From the human T2T-CHM13v2.0 reference genome, Homo sapiens: a DNA stretch of 64,000 nt. Both the position numbers and the translations under genes were made by a program. The notes under the pieces were generated by a model that saw only the letters and a list, made by a program, of their open reading frames with translations, made no database searches and had not been told where the DNA came from. Positions 49,251-61,810 of the stretch are shown here, in pieces. Numbering within the stretch: the stretch's first letter is position 1; each line of letters opens with the position of its first letter. The DNA is taken from NCBI RefSeq assembly GCF_009914755.1, contig NC_060925.1; one strand, given 5' to 3'.

Positions 49251-50879
49251 AGGGAGGCTATTCATGTGTCAGGACAAGGGGTATATGGGAAATCTCTCTG
49301 CATTCCTCTCAATTTTGCTGTGAACTTAAAATGGCTCTAAAAACTTTTAAATCTTTAACTTAAAAAAAAAATCTGAGGCACTGAGAAGACTACAGTGAAG
49401 AAACACTTTTACTGTATGGTCCAGTTTGAAAGAAATGTGGTAAGGATGCAATCTGCCTGAGAATTCACCATTTCTTTGAGCTTCTAACAAAGGTTCAAAA
49501 GCAACTAATGGTAATATCAAGTGGCTCTCTGTACACATGCCAGTCTCAGAAAGCTAATCATAGTTCTGGAGATTAAATTTCAGGCAAAGGCAAAAGCTAA
49601 TCTCTGAACAGCAGGTCTAATAAAGTTAATGAGAACTATACAAACTACAGATCTTCTCCCTCTATTGTCTTTGGAGGATAGAGAACAACCATAGGCTCTA
49701 ATTATCCTTAGATTTAAAATAATCCTGGAGACTGAAAATGGGCAAAAAGCCCATTTTTACTACAGTATTTGGCAACATTACTACTATTACCAATTAATCT
49801 GTATCAGTAACCCTGTCTGGCACTAAATCTCACAAAATATCCACATTAACTCATAAGGAACCAAACCATCCACAGCAGTCATGTTTGAAAAATTGTACTA
49901 ATACGAGCCAAAGTGCCAGGTATCAGAAATGTTAAACAAGTGCAAACACCCTAGCTAGAACATGCCATCTACCCATTCACTCATAACAACCCTACTGAAC
50001 ACATACTGAAATTGCTAGGGCAGTCATTTTCAAGAGGATACTTCTAAAACTTTAAGCCCCTTACAAGCAAAACGGCTTGAAAACCTTCAAAGGACCCAAG
50101 TACATGGGACTTCAAATTCCATTAGAACTGCACCAACTTTTCATATGCAACAGAACACATAGGCAGAATGATTGGAATGGAAAATGTGTATAATCTAAGT
50201 ACAGAGAATTATGCTGAATTGTCTTGACTTTCATTCTTTCAGGACTTAACGATGGTGAGAAGGAAGAAGGTATTTTAAACCAAAACCAACAAATTATAGG
50301 GTTGCTGTGTTATCAGCTTCACTCAGACTATGAGTAAACCCTAAACAAAGTAGATCTTAGTTTGTAGAAAACACACTGCTAAAAAAAGACAAATGCAGGT
50401 GTCATTCTGGGTTATCACACCCAAGCAGGCCACAAGTAGTATGCACCATAATGGCACGTGGAAGAAAATACTGCCTAAAAATGGTTTAAGCAGTTAATAC
50501 ATCCACAGTTTCTGATCTCAGAGGCAGGATTCTACTCTGTTCAATGTGCTGCATCATTTAGCCAGTCCAGGAAGTGTTATTTCCCAAGTAATGTTTCAAC
50601 AAAATATCTGGAAAACATGGAACTGTAAATTAGCTTGCTTGCTCTGGGCAAGATGCCTTGCCATGAGAAGCTTGTTGCTCAGGTAAACGTCTGTTGGCCC
50701 TTCCAGGCAGGTCACAAGTCCTTCTAGCCCACAGAGAGGCTGCACAGACTAACAGTGTGCCTGCCCAGCTCCCCTGGAAGAAGTGCTCCCTGCACCAAAA
50801 AGCTGACCTTGGTGGAATCTGCAGCAAAAGGCAGAGAGAAGAAGGACGACTTTCATGAGATAAACTCGGTTCATTTATT

Positions 50880-51265
50880 TTTCAACTGTTTTATGGAGAT
50901 ATACTAATAATTCACATATCCTACAATTTATTCATTTAAAGCATAACGTTCAGTAGGTTTTAGTATATTCACATACTTGGGCAACCATCACCACTATCAA
51001 TTTTAGAACATTTCTGTCCCCCTCAAGAACACTTCATATCCATCAGTAGTTACTCCCCATTTCCCCCCAGGCAACCACTAATCTATCTTTTTGTCTTTAT
51101 AGATTTGCCCATTCTGGACATCTCATATGAATGAAATAATACGTGATCTTTTGTGACTAGTTTCATATATTTAATGTTTTTAAGGTTCATCCATGTTACA
51201 GTGTGTATCAGAACTTCATTTCACTTTATTGCTGAATAATATTCTGTTGTATGCATATACCACAC
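50880..51265 (-). mobile_element. L1MB 3' fragment
   Basis: caaccatcaccactatcaattttagaacattt, ggttcatccatgtt. Confidence 0.8.
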
Positions 51266-52169
51266 AAGTTCTTTTCTTCACAGGCAGTAGAATCTCTTCT
51301 GCTATATAAGCAAAGCTATAAACAGTGAATAGGTGCCTGCATTAGCTCATGAATGTCTATTATGGCTGAAAATATATCATTAATTGTGTAATGCCACAGT
51401 TTTCCAAAAGCGTTACCAAATGCCACAGTGATATCTGGATTAATAAAAATACTGAGAATGAAGTTCCTTTACAAGTAAGCTGACTGCTTAAAAGTTTTCT
51501 CCTGTACACTGCAGAAAAAAGGGAACTCACAGCTCCTAAGGCCTGAACACCTCAGGACATAACTGGTCTTTGACCCCATCCAGTTAAAGACAAACAGCAT
51601 AACTGCAAGTATACAAAGCTGGTCTCTGCAACCTTTCTCTCCTCTTCCTGGCCCTCCATCTCTTCCCTCTATCTGTGAAATAAATCCAACTTCTTCCTGT
51701 ACTCTTACCCTTCCCCTCCCCCCAAACAGAACAAGATCTCTTATACCTGCTGAATAGTTATACCCTCACTCTAAATTAAAATAATACATTCATTCACAGG
51801 AAAAGTTACTTAAACCAGACATCTGTATTCTAAGACATTCTTTCAAAACATGAAATCAAACTAGTTTCCCTCATAAGAATTTGTGGCATGAATGAGCTGA
51901 TAAGAGGAGGGTTTTTTGTTTTGCTTTTTGCAGAGAGACCCATCCAAATCACAGTAAACTCACTCCATGGCAAATCAAATTTAGTTAGTAATCTCAGGTT
52001 GATGCATATCTAGAAAGGGGTGGGAAAAATAAATTGTTATTAACTTTGTTAGGCATGATAATGGTATTATGATTATGTCTGAAAATATCTTTATCTATTA
52101 GAAATGTATATTGAGGTACTGAGATGAAATGATGTGATGCCTGAGGTTTACTTTAAAATACTTTGGTTC

Positions 52170-52485
52170 AGCCAGGCTTGATGGCTCATGCCTGTAATCC
52201 CATCACTTTGGGAGGTCAAGGCAGGAGGACTGCTTGAGCCCAGGAGTTTGAGACTAGCCTGGGCAACACGGCGAAACTCCGTGTCTACAAAAATTACAAA
52301 AATTAGCTGGGCATGGTGGTGTGCGCCTGTAGTCCCAGCTTCTCAGGAGGCTGAGGTGAAAGGATTACCTGAGCCTGGAAAGTCCAGGCTGCAGTGAGCC
52401 CAGATGGCACCACTGCACTCCAGCCTGGGCAACAGAAGGAGACCCGTCTCTAAATAAATAAATAAATGAATAAATAAATAAATAA
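52170..52485 (+). mobile_element. AluJ
   Basis: Dimer, (TAAA)n tail, TSD tttggtt. Confidence 0.93.
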
Positions 52486-52521
52486 GTTTGGTTGGAAGAG
52501 GGAGTGGGGGAGGTGAAATGA

Positions 52522-52903
<382 letters not shown>

Positions 52904-52904
52904 G

Positions 52905-53066
52905 TTTTTTTGTTTTTGTTTTTGTTTTTAAGAGGCAAGGTCTCACTCTGTTGCCCAGGCTGGAGTGCAGTGGCGTGATCTCAGCTCACTGCAATCTCCG
53001 CTCCGGGGCTCAAGCCATACTCCCACTTCAGCCTCCCGGAGTAGCTGGGACCACAGGCACCCAACC

Positions 53067-53101
<35 letters not shown>

Positions 53102-53226
53102 TATTTTTAGTAGAGACGGGGTTTCACAATGTTGCCCAGGCTGGTCTCAAACTCCAGAGCTCAAGGAATCAGCCCGCCTCGGCCTCCCAAGTGCCGGGAT
53201 TACACGTGTGAGCCATCGCGCCTGGC
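52905..53226 (-). mobile_element. AluJ/S with expanded central T run
   Basis: Reverse dimer. Confidence 0.92.
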
Positions 53227-54119
53227 CGGTAAGCTTTTTTTTAAACTCACATAAAAGATTACACAGAGGTACCTGGCCTGGGTTGAATTCTAGAAGGGGT
53301 TGTGACAGTGTTACTCAAGTGCACAATTACTATTGGTGGTGCTTGCTACAAAGACTCAGTTTTATTCGTACACGCTTAATATCATGGGTTGTCAAATCAT
53401 GCTTCCAATTTGCAATACGTCACTCATTTCAGGGTAATGACTTACACATACAATTTTCAAACAAAAATGTAAGATTTACTTGCCTCATGATGGTTACCTT
53501 CTCAACTTTTTTCATAATTTATAAAAGCACCAGCTGACCCCAAATCATCTACCTCTTGGCCTTTTAATGTAAGCGGTAAAGGAATACTGTCCTCTGAATG
53601 CAGCGTTGGCTAACACTGCTGACCCACGCAAGGCATTGATTTGTAGTTGTTTTTCCATCGGAGTGATGGATTTGCGCTCAGCTACTCGCGGTGTCTACTA
53701 GGTCCCCCTGGTGACCAAACAGTACACTTAGGCAGTAGTAGGGTTCCAAGGCACAGACTGGCAGCGGAACAGAGGGTGGAACGGGAAATCATGAAAAATT
53801 AACACGCGAACCGTACACACGACATGACTGAGAATTACGTTTGCATTACTAGGGTATTTGGGATCCACAGACCAGCCACTAGCCCCTTTCCTTTAAAAAG
53901 CAAACACCCATCCGCCTGGTTCAGGCTTATCGGTCTCCACCTCCCATTTAAATCTTGGGTGTGATGGAACGACCCAACCAAGGGGCTCGGCACGAGGCAC
54001 ACGCTGCTTTTTGGAGCCTGGGGAAACACTGGTGTGACAAATTGTCATAATTTTCTAAGACACGGAGGAATGCTACACCACCTTTCCTACCACCGACTTA
54101 AGACCCAAGACACTGAGTC

Positions 54120-55370
54120 AAGGGCAACCGACCTGCGGGGGCCCACGGGGGAGGGGAGAAAGCCCCGAAAACACCAGGGAGAAGGCGGCCCGTCGAGCTC
54201 CGCCTGGAGCGGCGCAGGGCTGCGGGCAATGCCCGGAGCGCGGGGTCGTACCCAGGTCACGTCTCGGGGCTCTCAGGATGCGAGGGCGTACCCGGGCGGG
54301 ACGACTCGGGCCCTGGAGCCCGGCTGGCCGCGGCGCGGGAGCCGCGAGGGCCGCGGTGGGGGGCGTCGGCAGAGCCGCTGAGGGGGCTGGGGAGGGCGCG
54401 CCGCCAGGTGCCGGACGGCAGGGGGCAGCGGGGTTCGGGCGGGCACAGACCCAGGGAGGGAGGAGGGGAGCGGGCGAGTCCCGCCCGGCGCGGCAGGGCA
54501 CACGGCCGGGTGCTCCCGCAGCTGGTGGCTGGGCGGCCGCCGGCCTACCTGGAGGTAATAGGGTTTCCTTAGCCAGGCCCCCGGACAGAGACTCCTCGCC
54601 ATGGTAATCACACATCGCCCCGCCGCGCTGCAGTCAGAGGCGGACCCGAGCGCTGGCGGCCGGGCTCCCCGCCTCCCCCCGCCTCCCCGCCCCCTGCCCG
54701 GCCGGGCCCGCCCACTCCCCCGCCCCCGCCGCGGCGCGCGCCGCGCTCCCCTCGGCCCGGCTGCAGTGAAGGCGGCGAGAGGCCAGAGGCCCAGCCTCCT
54801 GCCCTGTTCGCCCGCCGGCCGCCGCGGCTGTCAGAGAGGCTGCTGCGGACTCCGCCATAAAGGGGAGTCGCACCTCGCCTCCGCCGACACAAATCGACTG
54901 CGCCTGGAGCTTAAAGGGGAGGCGCGCGGAGGCGGGAGGGGGCGCCGCGGCAGCGGGGGTGTTGCACGCTCGGCGCGGATTGGGGCGTGCTTCTCGCTGG
55001 CTGATGCGGCGACCCCCGGACAGCGCTGGCCTCGCAGTCTGCTCCGGCTTCCGGCTCCCCGCGCTGCGCCCAGCTGCGCGTCCCGCCACCCGCCCCGGCA
55101 GCACCGACGCTCCCCATGGACTCTTCTCCTGGAGTCAGGACGTGTCTGGACGGGTTGTTTCGAAATTCAAGGGAAGCTTGGGGCTCCTTCCCTGGGGACT
55201 GGCTCGTCCTCCCTCGCCCTTGGTGGCGGTCGGGGGAAGGGGGTGTCTGCCGCAGCTGGAGACGCAGACCGGGGCATCCCCCCAGGACTGGGCTCAGCTT
55301 CGAACGCGGACAGGGCGCCCCACTGCTGAACTCGGTGCCCCCCTTACCACGCTCCAGTTCGCCTCTAACG
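54120..55370. promoter_or_regulatory. CpG island promoter and 5' UTR of DIPK1A
   Basis: Abrupt rise to very high GC and dense CpG. Contains several GC boxes (ccccgcc/ggcggg), an inverted CCAAT (ATTGG near 54979) and an AP-1-like TGAGTCA at the left edge (54114-54120). No canonical TATA. Confidence 0.93.
54549..54602 (-). CDS. DIPK1A: Coding part of exon 1 of divergent protein kinase domain 1A (FAM69A)
   Basis: Minus strand ATTACC-ATG-G (strong Kozak) encodes MARSLCPGAWLRKPYYLQ, the recognised N-terminus of human FAM69A/DIPK1A. It ends at a phase-0 donor CAG|GTAGGC (GT at 54548-54547). Exon 2 was not seen in the window. Confidence 0.95.
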
Positions 55371-55964
55371 GCCTACAACTTTTTTTAAAAATGTACTTTT
55401 AAAAAATTCCGACTTTTTTGGTTTATATTGTTTTTAAGACAGCTTCAGAGTTTTCCTGGCCCCGTCCAGGAACACTGATTTCAAAAGAAAACAAAAACAA
55501 AAACACCGAATTAAATACAGTCCTGAAGGCAGGGAGCCTGGGACGTGGCCTGCTGCTTGGTTAAGGCTACATAACACAGGGTGTGGTGTCTTTCTTTTGA
55601 CAATGAGTTCCAAATAAGGGAAAAAAGAGCCACCCTAGTGGGAGAACAGCTGTTGATCCAAGTGACTTGTAATGGAAGAAGCAGCTTTTTTTTTTTTTTT
55701 TTTTTTTGGCTGCTTTTTGCCCCACCTACCACGTTTAAGCGTGATGCTAACAAAGTTTAGGTGGCCCGTTAGAGCTCATTCCGGCCTGTTGCTCTGAGAA
55801 GGGGTTTCCCCAGAAGCAAACCATTACTCATTCTCACTTGGTTTTTGCATAAGCCTTGTTCAGGTGCCTTGTTCTGAAGAGATACCTTCATGTCTGCCCC
55901 TTCCCTCAACCCACACACAGACACAGGTTTTAAACCTAGGTGATTTTTGTTGTGGTGGTTGTTC

Positions 55965-56055
55965 TTTCTGTTTTTGAGAGGGGTCTTACCATGTTGCCTA
56001 GGCTGGACTCAAACTCCTGGGCTGAAGCCATCCTCCCATGTAGCTGGAACTACAG
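55965..56055 (-). mobile_element. Alu monomer fragment
   Basis: ccatgttgcctaggctggactcaaactcctgggc. Confidence 0.8.
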
Positions 56056-57009
56056 CTACTTGGTCTTATTTTATTGCTTGCAGATAAACCAATTTTTCAT
56101 TGATTTTGTTTGGGTCAAGAGACAGTAATTTCTGAGTAAGATAAGGATGAATCCTAGTGGTTTCATTCATTCATTTAATAAAGATTTATGAGTACCCAGG
56201 CACCATTCAAGTTGTTTCGGTTACATAAACAAAACAGACAAAAATCCTTGCGCTTGTGGATGTGAGAGAGAGGGGCAATAAATAATAAATGTAATCAATA
56301 AAATCAAATTGGATAAGAATGCTAATAAAGGTTATGGGGAAAACACCAAGGGAGATGGGGAAGACTACAAATAGAGGAAGTTTGAGGCAAAAGAGGAGTT
56401 CAGTTTTGGAGAAGTTCCATTTTAAGGTATCTATTAGAAATTGAAGTGGAGATCTTGATTAGGCAGTTGTATGTATGAATGAGTCTAGGATTAAGGAGCG
56501 TGGTCCAAGCTAGAGGTATATGAGAGATATCAGCATTTAGATGGCGTTTAAAGCCATGAGACTGCCTAAGATCACCAAGGAAGTGAGTGTAAATAAAAGA
56601 CGACTGAGGATGGAGCTCTGGGGACCAATGCAGCTTTAAGACAGGGTAGTGGGTGAGCCAGCCAAGGAGACTGAAAGGGAGCAGCCAGTGAAGTGGGAGA
56701 CCCGAGTGAGGTGCCCTGAAGCCGAGTGAAGCTTGTGGATCTAGGAAGAGGGAGTGCTCCTCTGCGAGTGAGCACTGAGAATTGACTGTTGGATTTAGTG
56801 ACATGGAGGCCATTGATAACCCTTCAGTGGAGCAATAGAGGAAAAACTTGATTGGAGTGGGTTTAAGAAAAAAATGAGAGGAGAGAAACTGGAGGTGGCT
56901 AATACAAACAATTCTTTTGAGAAGTTCTCTTACAAAGGGGAGCCCAAATCTGGGACAGTAGAAGCAGAGTCAAAAGAAGATTGAAAAAAAATGGGGAGAG
57001 GCCAAGCAC

Positions 57010-57105
57010 AGGAGGTCAAGGCTGTAGTGAGCTATGATCGCATCAGTGCACTCCATCCTGGGTGACAGAGTGAGACCCTGTTTCTTTAAAAAAAAAAAAA
57101 AAGAG
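57010..57105 (+). mobile_element. Alu right-arm fragment
   Basis: ggaggtcaaggctgtagtgagctatgatcg plus A tail. Confidence 0.85.
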
Positions 57106-57868
57106 AGAAAGAAGGTGGTAGGGGGAGAAATACTTGTTTTTAATGGGAATGATCCGGAAGAAAAGGGAAAATTCATGTAGAAACAAGAAGTGAGAAGTGC
57201 TGGAGTGGTGTCCTTGAGAGGGAAAAAGCGTTTGAAAACTAACACACAAGTGGAAGGATCATTTGTAGACGAGTACAGACTGTTGATCTATGGAAACAGG
57301 CAGGCAGGTGGGTAGGCATGGTAAATAGGAATCTTTGGAAGTTCTCTTCTGATTGCTTCAATTTTCTTAGAGATGTAGAAAGAAATGCTATCAGCTGGGA
57401 GGAGATGGGAAAGATTATGTGAAAAGGGAAGAGAAGGTGTGAAATGTCATCTAGGAGAATGAGAAGACAATGGACCAGAGAATAATTGTGTGCTTGTTGA
57501 GTGTCATGTAGGGCCCACTTCAGTTTATGGTCATGAATTTAAGTGAGACAAGTTAGTATGAGTGTGCTTCTTTCTCCAGCAATAATTAGCTCCTAGGAAG
57601 CAGGTCCAGAGTAGGCTGAAATTCTGTTTAATCACATTTTACTAAAGGAACAAGAGCAAGGAGAGGAGAACAAGGAAGTTGAGGATATAAGCAAGGGCAT
57701 GATTATGATTCACCATGGAACTTAAGATGATTAAGGAGGGAAGAGTGGATATGGAGAGTTTAAGGACAGTGAAAAGGTGGTAGGATCAATGAATTGCAAG
57801 TCCTTCTGGGGTTGAGGGGTTGTAGGAGTCTAGGGAAAAGAGAGAATGATCTGGAAAGATAGGAGGTA

Positions 57869-58601
57869 TGTAATAGTCTGAGGCTGGGCATAGTGTCACA
57901 TGTCTGTAAACCCAGTACTTTGGGAGGCTGGGACGGGAGGATCATTTGAGGCTAGGAGCGCAAGACCAGCCTGAGCAACATAGTGAGATCCCATTCCTAT
58001 AGAAAATTTAAAAATTAGCCAAGCATGGCTAAAAACCCCAAAAAACTGTCACAAAACTCTTTAGTGTGATGTGCACCTGTAGTCCCAGCTACTCCGGAGG
58101 CTGAAGCAGGAGGATCCCTTGAGACCAGGAGGTGGAGGTTGCAACAAGCCATGATCGTTCCATATATTCCAACCTGGGCAACAGAGTGAGACACTGTCTC
58201 TAAATATATATCTATATTGCAAGTCTGACTCCATTTTTTATATGTGCTGACAGCTTTGAAGCCCTGCCACTCCTGTTTCCTCTGTGCAAACATAAGAAAG
58301 CCTAGATGCCTTTGATGCCAGCAGGAAGTTCAAACCGTGCAAGACCCAGCCCATGTGAGAGAGCCCTCACCGTGGTCCTACCCCTTAACCACCATGACAT
58401 CCTAAGATAGTCTCCTTTCTTTGCTCCCTTAAGCCATTTTTGAACCAGTTTGGGAGCCTGCCCTGCTCTCCCCAGAAAGCTGCAGTATGTGAATAAACCT
58501 TTTCACACCCTCTTGGTGCAAGTGTAACATCATCAGTCTCAACGTCCAAATTAAATTTTAGGTGGAGGAGCCCATCTGGCTTCTGCAGGGTGACCACAAC
58601 A
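57869..58601 (+). mobile_element. MER54-like (ERVL) LTR interrupted by an Alu
   Basis: tgtaat... start and ...accacaaca end, internal tgcaagtctgactccatttt and ggaagttcaaacc motifs, AATAAA near 58492. Confidence 0.7.
57882..58205 (+). mobile_element. AluJ with a non-Alu insert
   Basis: Dimer inside the MER54-like LTR. Confidence 0.9.
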
Positions 58602-60001
58602 ATGTGGTAATTTTAGTGGGATCCATGAAATTGAGACTATGGAGGAGTGATTAAACCTAGGGTGGGATGCCACCATGGCAGTGAATGGCTAAGGGATGTG
58701 GAGGCAGGATCATTGGAAGAGAGTCAAGGACAGACTGTCATACAGATTATATGCATGCGTATTAAAAACAGTAAGACTTAGGACAGGAGGTGCTGGGGAA
58801 GATGTCAGTAGCAAAAGCTAAAGTCCTTGATAAGACAGTGATCTGTGAGTGAGTAGGTGAGGAATGAGGAAGGTGAGTGACAACATCAGAGGACATGAGT
58901 TTTAAGATAATGGGCAGGGGCAGGAATTAGAGAGGAAGCAGGAAGAATATCTTAAAAGAAGCATGGAAGAGCCCTCTCCTACCTCCCACTTCAGTGGTAT
59001 GAGGGCGCTGGGAAGGCTGCAGGGACAACAGCATCCACAGGGATGAGCCAGGTTGGTGTTAGGACAAGAAGGTGCAGGAGATATTTAGAGAAGCGTTGGA
59101 GGACATAGAGGATTTTGCTGATGATAGACAGAGGGCACAGTGGAAAAGCCTCAAAAACTGGGGAGTCTTGAGAAGAGTTCAGAAAGGTGATGTGAAGAGC
59201 CTTGAGAGGGTCAGGTGAGAAGTGAGGGAGGCATGGTGGTCTGGTGTTTCTCACGGTAAAAGATATAAACAAGGATACCAAGGACAAAATTTGAACCAAA
59301 TGAGAAGAAATGGTTATTCGGGTTTCCTTTTAGAGTCACCCAAGACTAAATGAAATTAATGTTTTATTTGAATGGAGAAAAGTAGTTTAGAAGATTTTCA
59401 TTTCCAACTTGAGTTGCTTCCCTTGTCTTCACATGCCCCAGGACCCTTGCCCTCCAGGGCCCATCCTGAGGACCTTGCATACAGGTGGGTACGGTGAGCC
59501 CTTGTACCACTGAACTTGCAGTTTGGCTATAAATCCACTTGGATGAGTCCCAAGATGGATCCAAGCACGTTGGCCTTGGCAAATTTAGGCAAGATCCTTT
59601 CTGCCTCTGGTCTGATGTTCTCCTGAACTCTCACTGCAGAGGCCTGGCCAGCCTTTATGTCATATACTGGACCTACTTTACAAACATCCAAATGTACTTG
59701 TGCTGGTGCCTGTTCTTATGGCACTTAAAAATTTAAGTTTTTCTAAGTAAAAGCTAGCTAATCCAAAACTAATTCATATGGTTATGTTCAGAGGTGCTAA
59801 TTTGTGGCCTCTTAGTCATCATATGTAATGTAACTTTGGCCTTCCAGAGACAAAGAAATTACTCCAGTGGGTTCCAGTACAGGAAAATCAAGATCGGTGG
59901 TCTTTGAACTTTCTTGTTTGCACATTCTCAAAAGAATTTTGAAAAAGATATGAATTCTCTGATGTTTTATATCAACATCCAAAATTTTTATCATAAAATT
60001 A

Positions 60002-60368
<367 letters not shown>

Positions 60369-60579
60369 AAAAAACTGTCACACAACTCTTAAGTGTATCC
60401 AGTGGAATATATATAAATACCATGCACCTTGATACCATTTAAAGAGTATCATCCTTTAAGTTACAAGATTATTTATTTAGCTATCAGAAATATAACATTG
60501 TTCCCTTTTCTTCTTCTTGAACTTTTATAATTCTGCTTCCCTCATACAGCGTTATAGTTTTTTATTTTTATGCTTTCTA

Positions 60580-60732
60580 ATTTATTTATTTATTTAATCT
60601 TGCTCTGTCACCTAGGCTGGAGTGCTGTGGTATGATCATAGCTCATCATAATCTAGAACTCCTGGGCTCAAGCAACCCTCCCATATGAGCCTCCCTAGTA
60701 ATTAGGACTACAGATACATGGCACGGTGCCCA
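60580..60732 (-). mobile_element. Alu monomer (FRAM-like)
   Basis: Reverse monomer. Confidence 0.85.
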
Positions 60733-61289
60733 GTCTCTATTTTTCAACCTATCGTACTTCTCTGTATGATAGGTAATTTTAAAAATGTGATTTTAATGTT
60801 TTTTATTTTTATTTTTAAATTTATTGTAATTTTTGAATATGTAATATTTTCATCTGGTTCAAAAATAAAAACTAAATTAAAAGTAGTCATTGAGAAATTT
60901 TATTATTCTACCTTGTCCTACCCCTCATAGGTAATCACTTTTACTAATTTTAAATTTATCCTTCCAGTGCCAATTTTTTATATAAATAAAAGCAAAATTG
61001 AATATGTATTTTTAAAATTTAATATATATTTGTTTCATTCCCCCTTTCTTACCTAAAAAAAGTCACTTTATTACATTTTTTTAAAACTGCAGAATGGAAA
61101 CCTATTAATTAGACTAATGAAAATGTACTAATTAGACCAACATCAAATCACACTCCTGATAAGAATCTTTCCCTTCTCTTTTGCCTTGACAGTAAGGTTA
61201 GATCACAGAACTCAACTGACATTCTTCAAGGACATTTCGGAAACCTGTGGTGTTTTCAGTGCTTTGAATTCAATACCAATGAGAACACA

Positions 61290-61571
61290 GGTTGCTAATG
61301 GCAGCCCTGGGCAGATTGTGTTTTGTTTCTTCCAATATTTACAAATTGGGACATTTTACATAAACATCTAGATTTCTGGCGCTTTTGAAAATTAGATCAG
61401 CTAACCAAGCCTCTCACACACACCAATGGTGGGCTGGTGTGACCTCTGTGTGGCACTTGTCCTGCGGTCTGCTATAGTCCCTCTCACTTCCTAGTTTTCT
61501 TGCTTCAGCCCTCAGCATTTATTTATCTTTCCTGTCTGGTCCCTGTAGGTATTTGACTTAGTGACCTCTGA
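61290..61571. mobile_element. MER102-like hAT element
   Basis: aaattgggacattttacataaa..ctagatttctgg and ccctgtaggtatttgacttagtgacctctg end. Confidence 0.65.
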
Positions 61572-61791
61572 GTTAAAATCATAGCAGTGACTTGGGAAAG
61601 TACACTTAAAGAGGAGCTTCTTTGAAGCTTCAGAATGGGAAGCAAGAAAGGAGCAAGTGAAGAGAATAGAGAAAGATTAGGCTCTGGATTAATGATTCCA
61701 TTAAAAAGAACCCATGTTTTACCTGAAATTCCTCAGATAACAGGACAAGTGAATTCTTTCCATATACTGTGTAGTCTGTATTCACCTTCTC

Positions 61792-61810
61792 AGGCCACTA
61801 GATGGTGCAG
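61792..61810 (+). promoter_or_regulatory. Candidate CTCF site
   Basis: GGCCACTAGATGGTGCA matches the CTCF core CCACYAGRKGGCRC with one C>T change. Confidence 0.4.

Larger units (their letters stand above)
56160..59230 (-). mobile_element. Long L2 LINE remnant with nested Alus and MER54
   Basis: cattcattcatttaataaa tail at 56164, ggagttcagttttgga, gactgagaattgactgttggatttag, decayed purine-rich body. Confidence 0.8.

Noticed and set aside
50800-50850. Strong minus-strand acceptor (ccttcttctctctgccttttgctgcag) as a cryptic DIPK1A exon
   Set aside because: No convincing partner donor at a plausible exon length and no recognisable coding similarity.
54034-55402. Long overlapping Arg/Gly/Pro/Ala-rich ORFs on both strands (up to 242 aa)
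   Set aside because: Stop-codon scarcity in a CpG island explains them; only the 18-codon DIPK1A exon is recognisable.
55628-55645. CTCF-like motif (ccactagggtggc on the minus strand)
   Set aside because: The spacing is off by one base relative to the core consensus.
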